A stretch of DNA of 42,454 nucleotides, taken from Pirellulales bacterium (GTDB taxonomy: Bacteria; Planctomycetota; Planctomycetia; Pirellulales; Thermoguttaceae). A program made the translations under genes and the position numbers. This document shows, piece by piece, positions 35,032 to 42,133 of this stretch (its first letter is position 1; the number at the start of each line of letters is the position of its first letter). The DNA lies in NCBI GenBank assembly GCA_016934075.1, contig JAFGTN010000578.1, positions 1-42,454 of the forward strand. Reading direction: 5' to 3'. Below the pieces are notes generated by a model. That model worked only from the letters and a program-made list of their open reading frames with translations, was not told the origin of the DNA and did no database searches.

Positions 35032-35092
35032 TACAAACACCAATTTTTTCTAGAAATTAACAATACTATGCCACGCTATAAAAAAAGAATCT

Positions 35093-36091
35093 TCACTGAA
35101 CTATAGTTTTTATCTCGGTTGGTCCTATTTGTTGTTTAATCTCCATAAAAATACCAAACAAAATAAGTGGCGGAGAAAGATAATTGTGCAACAACCACTG
35201 GTTTAACTTCTGGCGTTTTACGACCACCGAGTAAAGGAAATCACATATAAGACATGCCAGCAACAACTGGCCGACATTAGCATAAGTAAAGGAAGTCAGC
35301 AGGGCCATAACCAGTCCACACAACAATACAATACACAGAAGCAAAAAGGTCGCGAGTCCTCGGTCCGACCTTATCAGCATGAACATAGCACTGGGAATGT
35401 CAATGTTTTTACGTATCAAACGACCACGGAGAAGAGGATATCCCTTTCGGAAATGCTCCCATGAGCGATCGTGGAATTCCTGTGTATGATGTACACCGAC
35501 GAATTGTGGTAACTGTATCAACGTTCCATGCCTTGATATTCTCAATGTGTAATCAAAATCTTGTAACCGCACAAAACTATGATCCCATGTGCCGGCCTTA
35601 TCCACAATCTTCCTAGTGGCAATGAATATTCCACCCGTTATCAGGCATTTCTTTTCTTCAGTCATCTCCTTTCGCCTGACCACCCGCCTAATCTCATCCT
35701 TATAATCTGAGCTGTATTGTATCTCCCGCAGTTTTCCCGTCACCGCGTCGGCCCTGCCCGATTGTATTCTGTCCAAAGCTTCGGATATGAAATCCGGGTA
35801 AAGTTCGACATCGCCGTCAACGAAAAAGATGTATTTTTTTGTGGCGAATCTCATTCCCGCATTTCTTGCAACTGCCGCGTTTACAAAACCAGAGCACTGA
35901 ACGACCCGCAGATTTGCAATCCTGTCGACATAGCTTTTCATGACTTCCAGGGTGTCGTCTGTGGAACCGGAATCCACACAGATTACCTCGCAGTTATCCA
36001 GCGTCATCGCCGCTACGGAATCGAGGCACTTGCCGATGACAGGCGACTCGTTACGTGCAATGATAATGAAAGACATGTTGCTAAATATCAT
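35093..36091 (-). CDS. Glycosyltransferase family 2 with C-terminal transmembrane segments
   Basis: The ATG at 36089-36091 overlaps the upstream stop as ATGA. Motifs: FIIIARNESPVIGKCLDSV, VICVDSGSTDDT, FFVDGDVEL (DxD). C-terminal hydrophobic helices include LATFLLLCIVLLCGLVMALL. Confidence 0.85.
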   Translation of the reverse strand: MIFSNMSFIIIARNESPVIGKCLDSVAAMTLDNCEVICVDSGSTDDTLEVMKSYVDRIANLRVVQCSGFVNAAVARNAGMRFATKKYIFFVDGDVELYPDFISEALDRIQSGRADAVTGKLREIQYSSDYKDEIRRVVRRKEMTEEKKCLITGGIFIATRKIVDKAGTWDHSFVRLQDFDYTLRISRHGTLIQLPQFVGVHHTQEFHDRSWEHFRKGYPLLRGRLIRKNIDIPSAMFMLIRSDRGLATFLLLCIVLLCGLVMALLTSFTYANVGQLLLACLICDFLYSVVVKRQKLNQWLLHNYLSPPLILFGIFMEIKQQIGPTEIKTIVQ

Positions 36092-37449
36092 GTTCCTCTC
36101 GCAATTGCACGGCCGGGAAATCGGTTTTGTTTTTGGACGAACGAGTGGTTGCGTCGCATCTCCTCACGCATTCGCCAAGTCATGAACAGCATTATTCCTA
36201 CCCACAGGGCAAACGAAGGCTTCCAGTAAATCTGCAGTAGGGCTACAATGGTAAAACATAGGTAGAGGCGTATAGCCATGGCAATCGGCTGATATTGCCT
36301 GGGGCCGTGGCGACACACGGCCCGCAAGTCACGAAACATAAAATAGAGAATGATGACAGTCAAAATGATTCCCTGGAAGCCATACTGATACAAAACGGCA
36401 ATGAGCCCATGGTCACTTGGGTTGTAAGGAATGTCCTCTGAACGGTCAGCACCTAAACTGAACTTGCCTGGGCCGATGCCGATAAAACCACCGTCTGCAA
36501 ACTCGTTCATGTAGTATTTGATACCCTCAATTCGCCCGCCGACGGTGCCTTTATTGCTTTGGTAATCCTCGATGCTCGAACTGAAGATGTTGACAACGGA
36601 CTCGAAGACCGCGTCCCCGACGTTCGTGAAAACCAAAGACGCCGTCAAGAGAAAAAATGCCATGATAAGAGTCATGGCCTTGCGGCCGATTTTCAAGTGA
36701 AAAAGCCAGTAAAAGATTGCAACTATCATTAGTCCTATGATGTATCGCCTCGTCATGTCAACAAAGAGGAAATACCACAGGTAGAAAACGAAGAGTGCGA
36801 AAAATATTGCCCGGATCTTAGTGCTCCGTGCGCCGCTTGTACACATAACCAGGCAGTAAAGAAACGAATATACTACCATTGCTCCCAGCGGAGACGTGAG
36901 CCGTTCAGCTTCGAAACGAGACGACACTAGTATGAACATACTAGAAGCAAGACCGGGAATAAACGATACGATAACATATAACAACACGATCACACTGTTA
37001 ATGCCAACGACAACTGCATTCAGATTGGGCACAAAGGCAGAATCAGTTCGGCATGAAATCAAGACGAGACATATAAGCAAAGCGGCATAGTTAAATCCCT
37101 GGCGGGGCAGTTCCAACATGCTATGACCACGGATCACAACGCTATTGATGAAAATTGAAAAAAAAGCAATTGCAATTATTCCCAAGACGGCCAAAGAATA
37201 AAACTTCTTTAAGACACCCTTCATAAGAATCGAAGGCGTGCGAATAACAAATGCAGCAGCAACCAGAAACACCATGGCGATCATGAACACCTCGAAGTGT
37301 TCACTCAAGGTCAACGCTTTCAAATAAAAGCCTCTGCTCCGAAGGAGTATCGCCAGACCGACAAAGAGCAACAATAGTTTGTTGCGTGTTACCGGCGGTA
37401 TTGTCAAATTCTGTGTGATCGTCTGCATTGTCTCGATATGCTCCAGCAC
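36088..37449 (-). CDS. Wzy-like O-antigen polymerase / O-antigen-ligase-family integral membrane protein
   Basis: About 10 or more hydrophobic helices, plus a large loop with GGRIEGIKYY...GIGPGKF...PSDHGLIAVLYQYGFQG, resembling the Wzy_C signature. The track start at 37447-37449 is GTG; an alternative ATG is at 37426-37428. Confidence 0.7.
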   Translation of the reverse strand: MLEHIETMQTITQNLTIPPVTRNKLLLLFVGLAILLRSRGFYLKALTLSEHFEVFMIAMVFLVAAAFVIRTPSILMKGVLKKFYSLAVLGIIAIAFFSIFINSVVIRGHSMLELPRQGFNYAALLICLVLISCRTDSAFVPNLNAVVVGINSVIVLLYVIVSFIPGLASSMFILVSSRFEAERLTSPLGAMVVYSFLYCLVMCTSGARSTKIRAIFFALFVFYLWYFLFVDMTRRYIIGLMIVAIFYWLFHLKIGRKAMTLIMAFFLLTASLVFTNVGDAVFESVVNIFSSSIEDYQSNKGTVGGRIEGIKYYMNEFADGGFIGIGPGKFSLGADRSEDIPYNPSDHGLIAVLYQYGFQGIILTVIILYFMFRDLRAVCRHGPRQYQPIAMAIRLYLCFTIVALLQIYWKPSFALWVGIMLFMTWRMREEMRRNHSFVQKQNRFPGRAIARGT

Positions 37450-37558
37450 TATGTGGAGCGTAATGTCTCAATGGTTGGCCCAGTTGATATGCCTAACGTT
37501 TTCGCAACATCTTCATTTAATACACCAATCGTAAATATGAATCGCCATATACTTGCCC

Positions 37559-38818
37559 TCAGCTCACCAAACCAAGCACCTGATAGATCTCTTTTTTAAT
37601 CCGTTCCGTGCTTCTACCCGCAAAAGGGTTCATTTCGTTTGCTAATTTCTTGAGTTTATCCATTGGATAATTGGTCTTCGCATCAAGCAGCGCTTTTCGC
37701 AGGTTTCGCATGTCGTCCAGCACCGGTGCGAATTGATAAAGCTGCCAAGTAATAGAACCTTTCCATATATACTCAGGGTTCACCGGAACACAAATGATTG
37801 GTTTTTGAAGTAATATTGCATAATCGGCCAAACATGTGTGGTCTGTCAATACAATGTCACAGGCAACCATATGCGGAATAAAGTCTTCATCCGGCTCACG
37901 AATTATGTAACCGTGCTCCCTTTGAGTGCGGAGGTATTCGCCCCATACGCGCTGGCCTGGATATTTCGCCACATATTCATTGGGATGAACACTAATTGTG
38001 AATTGAAATTCTTCTAAGAGCTTGCGTGACTCCTCTAGAAATGCATCCCCCACTGATTCAATCAGGCATTCAGGTCTCCAAGTGCTTAATACAAACACAC
38101 TAGTCTCATTTGGCCCGATCCCCAATTGGCGACGAAATTCTTCTCGGTGATTAGCTTCTGAAAGTACGTTATCGTAGAACATGTCTCCCACGACAGTAAT
38201 GACATTATTTAATGATGGGATGGTCTCTACGATCAAATCACGCACTTTTTCATCTTCCTCAAACATTCGGGAATAGATGGGCTGATCTTTTTTGTAAAGG
38301 TTGAAGATAGACCGCTTCTTGAAGGCCGACTGATCGTATGTAATAGTTGTCCTAGCTCCCGGGAGACATTTATTCTGAGGGCCGTGACCTATGTAGATAG
38401 TTGGACAATTTCGTGGATCCAACAGTAATTTGTATTCCGCATGGCCCGCTCCAACGATCATATCCCATTCACAGAGATAGGCGCGCAGGCTAGACACCTC
38501 TGGAAAAGGTAAAAGCTTTTTTATTATTGCATACACATTAGGAGCCTTCTTGCGGGATGCCTTAATCATGATTTTAAATCGTGCACGATGATCATCGCTG
38601 AATATTTCCGAAAATAGCTTAAGATGTTGAGCCTCCTGAGCGGAACCGCAATGCAAGAGGATATTCCATCGATCCGAAGATCTAAATCGGAAAGTGAGTG
38701 ACCGTGTAATCCAACAGAACACTTTCGCCAACGATGAGTTAAGAAACTGTCTCTTCCAGAATTCCAACCTCAATATACGGCCTATTCTCTTCTTATTATC
38801 ACTCTTGCGTGTGCTCAT
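37559..38818 (-). CDS. TagB/TagF-family (CDP-glycerol glycerophosphotransferase-like) phosphotransferase/polymerase
   Basis: ATG at 38816-38818, 6 nt after AGGAAG. Motifs line up with the Glyphos_transf family: VFVLSTWRPE (cf. YAPTWR), ISVHPNEY (catalytic-His region), VLTDHTCLADYAILLQKPII (cf. ITDYSS..FD...L.KP.I), NPFAGRSTERI. Confidence 0.6.
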   Translation of the reverse strand: MSTRKSDNKKRIGRILRLEFWKRQFLNSSLAKVFCWITRSLTFRFRSSDRWNILLHCGSAQEAQHLKLFSEIFSDDHRARFKIMIKASRKKAPNVYAIIKKLLPFPEVSSLRAYLCEWDMIVGAGHAEYKLLLDPRNCPTIYIGHGPQNKCLPGARTTITYDQSAFKKRSIFNLYKKDQPIYSRMFEEDEKVRDLIVETIPSLNNVITVVGDMFYDNVLSEANHREEFRRQLGIGPNETSVFVLSTWRPECLIESVGDAFLEESRKLLEEFQFTISVHPNEYVAKYPGQRVWGEYLRTQREHGYIIREPDEDFIPHMVACDIVLTDHTCLADYAILLQKPIICVPVNPEYIWKGSITWQLYQFAPVLDDMRNLRKALLDAKTNYPMDKLKKLANEMNPFAGRSTERIKKEIYQVLGLVS

Positions 38819-38832
38819 CTCTTCTTCCTGGG

Positions 38833-38846
38833 TACACGTACGTGTA
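38833..38846. promoter_or_regulatory. Perfect 14-bp palindrome TACACGTACGTGTA immediately upstream of the TagF-like gene's RBS
   Basis: Read directly; the reverse complement is identical. On the coding (minus) strand the order is palindrome - CCC - AGGAAGAAGAG - ATG (38818). It sits in one of the few 100-bp gaps inside the locus. Confidence 0.3.
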
Positions 38847-38921
38847 GAAATGCAAAATATTGGTTTTTTTTAAAGATGGAATTCTGATAACTTCGTTATT
38901 ATTTTGTTTTTTTATTCACAT

Positions 38922-40172
38922 TTATCCTAACAAGAGCAAACCCGCTCTATAAAAATAGCCGTACTTCTGGACCGGAAATTTTATCTCGACGCCGCATTTT
39001 TTCGCTGTTTCAACAACGTCGATACCAACCGCCTCAAGAGGACGGCGAGAAAGATGCGGGAATCTGCATTTCTCCTCATCACAACCATTCGGACACAATT
39101 TGCACGACCCGCCTATAAATGATGTGGCATAGTAATATCCAAGCATACCTGCCTTTTTCTCAAGATCGAGCAATACCCTGTGGAGCGTATTAGTTGAAGA
39201 TTGCCGCACCGAATTATATTCATCTTCTGTATTAAATGTAGATTTGAGAAAAACCATTAGTCCCCTGTTATACGGGCTCAAAAGTGCATGGACATCAAAA
39301 TCATCCGGAAATGGTGGGCATGTCCATGTCTTACCATACTTTGGGCATTCGCTACATTTCAGGAGTACCCTTGAATCAAAGACAAGATCCTGCATAGAGA
39401 TAACTTTTGTCTCAAAGTTAGGTAATGAAAGAACAAAATCGCTTAGTTCATGTATGTTACTAAAAAGCCTGTTGGCTTTTTCAAATTCCTCCAGTTTGTC
39501 TATTTCAATCCAGTTGTACCCTTTTATATTCATTCTGTGAATCTTGTGGTCGTTAATTATCATCTGTATTGCATCTTCGTAATACAAATCGGTTTTGCCG
39601 TCGTTTATTAACGAATCAACTGTGCCAAAATATTGCGATACAAACGCTCCGCTGAATTTATTGACGCCTATGGATTCACCATATTGCGCCTCCGAATTAA
39701 CTGCTAACTCTTTTCCTATTGCAACTATTTCGTCGTTTACTACCTTGGCCTTCATTTCGTCAGCGCCAAGCTCACTCTCGTGATCTACTACCATTACGCT
39801 CTCAAATTCAGAATGCGCAACGTCCATGTATAACCCTGCTTCACACAGTACATCCCCGTCTATGGATATAAAGCCGTCTTGCAAGTAGTCTTTTGCAAGC
39901 CACAACGAATATATGACGTTTGTTGAGTCATATTTATCGTTTATTAAGTATTTTATTTTCAGACCTTTGTAATTGTCCTTCACTGCGTCGGCTATCATTT
40001 GATGTTTATAGCCAATGAGTATAATTACTTCTTCAAGGTTTAGTGGCAGAAGTTTGTCAAGCATGTGGAATATGAGGGGCTTGTTTTCGATCTCAAAAAG
40101 GACCACGGGTTTTTCATCTATAAGAGGTTTAAGACGATCGTCTTTTCCCGCTGCAAGTATGAGTGCTTTCAT
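38922..40172 (-). CDS. Fusion protein: LicC-like nucleotidyltransferase (N-terminal) + Cys-rich putative metal-binding domain (DUF2284-like, C-terminal)
   Basis: ATG at 40170-40172. The N-terminus is MKALILAAGKDDRLKP...NDKYDSTNVIYSLWLAKDYL...IDGDV (LicC/cytidylyltransferase pattern). The C-terminal domain (nt ~38925-39360) has CSECPKYGKTWTCPP (first Cys codon 39354..39356) and GGSCKLCPNGCDEEKC...RRPLEAVGIDV (nt ~39061-39120). Confidence 0.65.
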   Translation of the reverse strand: MKALILAAGKDDRLKPLIDEKPVVLFEIENKPLIFHMLDKLLPLNLEEVIILIGYKHQMIADAVKDNYKGLKIKYLINDKYDSTNVIYSLWLAKDYLQDGFISIDGDVLCEAGLYMDVAHSEFESVMVVDHESELGADEMKAKVVNDEIVAIGKELAVNSEAQYGESIGVNKFSGAFVSQYFGTVDSLINDGKTDLYYEDAIQMIINDHKIHRMNIKGYNWIEIDKLEEFEKANRLFSNIHELSDFVLSLPNFETKVISMQDLVFDSRVLLKCSECPKYGKTWTCPPFPDDFDVHALLSPYNRGLMVFLKSTFNTEDEYNSVRQSSTNTLHRVLLDLEKKAGMLGYYYATSFIGGSCKLCPNGCDEEKCRFPHLSRRPLEAVGIDVVETAKKCGVEIKFPVQKYGYFYRAGLLLLG

Positions 40173-40203
40173 TGGTAATGCTCTTGTATTCTTAAACCAA
40201 ATG

Positions 40204-41280
40204 CTATTTGACTCTGGACATTACATCTTTTAAAGCATCTATAAACCGAGTCATGTCATCTTCCGCAAGGTTCCCTAGAATTCCAACTCTTAAAAACCTG
40301 TCTCTTAGTGGACCTGGAGCGTTGTGGGAAAGTATTATCCCATGCCTCATTTCTAATAGGTCTACAACCTTGTCGGAGTGAATTCCGGGTGGCAACAAAT
40401 ACAGTATTACGGAATTGGCAGGATTTTCACCAAACGGCTCAAGTCCTAATTTATCAAGGCCATTTCTCAGCTTCTGTGTAAGCCCTGCATACCTTTGAAT
40501 CATGTTTTCTATTCCCTCATGACGTATCTTTTCGAGTCTTGCGTTTAGTTGGAAAAGAAGGCTTATCGCCGGTGTGAAAGGAAATTGGCTCATAGGCACA
40601 AAACGCTGATACTCCTTAAGTTGAAAATAGAATTTTGGAAGGCGTGCTGTTTGCATTCTGTCAAACGCTTTGCTACTAAACGAAAGAAAAGAAAGGCCTG
40701 GAGGAAGGGCAAGCCCTTTCTGCGTGCTTGCAACGGCAATGTCAATTCCCCATGCATCGGTCAATAATGGTTCGACGCAAATACTGCTTATGGCATCAAC
40801 TATTAAAAGGATATTTGTTCCTCTTAAGATATTACCGATTGAGGCTATATCAGTTAAAGTCCCTGTCGATGTTTCATTGACTGTAAGGAACACCGCTTTC
40901 GTATCGTTGCTTAACAATTGGCCGATTTGTTCAGTCTTCAATGCCTGACCTGGTTTCAACATGATTTCATTTACATTAATTCCGTATGATCTGCATATTT
41001 TCCCCCATCTTTCTCCGAACACTCCACCGTTGACAGAAATCACATTGTCTTCCGCATTCAGTGTGTTAACAACAGCGGCTTCCATCGCGCCTGTTCCGGA
41101 GCTCGTCAGGGTAAACACATGATTCTGCGTTTGGAAAACGTATTGTAAGCCATCGGTTATTTCTTCCATCATCCTCGAAAACTTCGGAGACCGGAAATAT
41201 ATCATCTTCTTCGAGGCTAATTGCAGTATGTCCTGCTCGATTTCGGTAGGTCCTACCATCATTAATGTTTGATCTGACAT
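40204..41280 (-). CDS. Class V (AGXT/SerC/PhnW-type) PLP-dependent aminotransferase
   Basis: ATG at 41278-41280. Motifs: MVGPTE, SSGTGAMEAA, VDAISS, STQKGLALPPGLSFLSFSSKA with the putative PLP Lys codon at 40717..40719. The pattern is closest to serine-pyruvate/alanine-glyoxylate-type enzymes. Confidence 0.75.
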   Translation of the reverse strand: MSDQTLMMVGPTEIEQDILQLASKKMIYFRSPKFSRMMEEITDGLQYVFQTQNHVFTLTSSGTGAMEAAVVNTLNAEDNVISVNGGVFGERWGKICRSYGINVNEIMLKPGQALKTEQIGQLLSNDTKAVFLTVNETSTGTLTDIASIGNILRGTNILLIVDAISSICVEPLLTDAWGIDIAVASTQKGLALPPGLSFLSFSSKAFDRMQTARLPKFYFQLKEYQRFVPMSQFPFTPAISLLFQLNARLEKIRHEGIENMIQRYAGLTQKLRNGLDKLGLEPFGENPANSVILYLLPPGIHSDKVVDLLEMRHGIILSHNAPGPLRDRFLRVGILGNLAEDDMTRFIDALKDVMSRVK

Positions 41281-41340
41281 CTATTTCCCTAATATTAAAA
41301 AGTGGTCGTCAAGTGTTCAAATTCAATTTGTCAGCAGATT

Positions 41341-42042
41341 TCAAAAAGGTCTGAAATTGTTCCTGGCTTCTTCAAGCTCGTCTATATTGTCCACCTCGAA
41401 CCACGACTTGCCCTTAACATCCGTGAAGCCGATCTTTTCACCTTCTCTTGCAAGAGCCGCAAATACATTCTCAAACCACTCTCCAGTACGCTTCTGATCG
41501 ATAAACTCTTCGAGTTTCTGTAATACCTTTGCGGAAGCAGCTTTTCTTATCATTATTATGCCGGCATATTCGCCAAATATTGTTTCCGGAGTCAGGTCCA
41601 TACTCATGTCAGTAATGCATCCGTTTCTTACCGATGTTTTGTATCCCTTTTCCAGTTTCCAGTCTGTGTTCAAAGCTACACAAATGTCAGAATTGCAGTT
41701 GCGCATACTGCGTATGACGGATGGCTCACATATAACGTCACTATTGATGATCAAGCAATCTGAATCCAGGTGCTCCTTTGCCAAAAATAAAGATACAATG
41801 CTATTTGTTGAAAGATAATCCCAATTGAGTACATAAGTCACTCCCCCACCTAGTCTGCTCCTTATCTTCTCGGCAAGATATCCTACAACAACTACAATAT
41901 CCTTTATGCCGCACTTTGTGAAAGCTGATATCTGGTGCTCAATAACGGCCTTACCTGCAATGTCAATAAGACATTTGGGGATAGTGTCAGTTAACGGCCG
42001 CATTCTGCTTCCAACACCAGCGGCCATTATAATTGCTTTCAT
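41341..42042 (-). CDS. LicC-like nucleotidyltransferase (phospho-alcohol/phosphonate cytidylyltransferase family)
   Basis: The track start ATG is at 42046-42048. A second ATG at 42040-42042 (MKAIIMAAGVGSRMRPLT) has AAGGA 8 nt upstream and was chosen. The G-x-G-x-R-(L/M) NTP-binding loop is present. NWDYLSTNSIVSLFLAKEHL...INSDV parallels the LicC motif N-x-x-Y-x-x-x-N-x-x-x-S-L. Confidence 0.7.
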   Translation of the reverse strand: MKAIIMAAGVGSRMRPLTDTIPKCLIDIAGKAVIEHQISAFTKCGIKDIVVVVGYLAEKIRSRLGGGVTYVLNWDYLSTNSIVSLFLAKEHLDSDCLIINSDVICEPSVIRSMRNCNSDICVALNTDWKLEKGYKTSVRNGCITDMSMDLTPETIFGEYAGIIMIRKAASAKVLQKLEEFIDQKRTGEWFENVFAALAREGEKIGFTDVKGKSWFEVDNIDELEEARNNFRPF

Positions 42043-42133
42043 AACCATATTCCTTTGTGAGTTTCACGACAACTTCCGAGAGACACCTAGCAACAAACGT
42101 TATCATCTCCTTCCATAAGTTTCCCTGCCATTG

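Noticed and set aside
34264-35043. Interpreting the minimal nucleotidyltransferase as half of a HEPN-MNT toxin-antitoxin/defence pair
   Set aside because: No HEPN-like or other small partner ORF is adjacent, and the protein is fused to two TM helices. It is kept as an open possibility in the findings but not annotated as TA.
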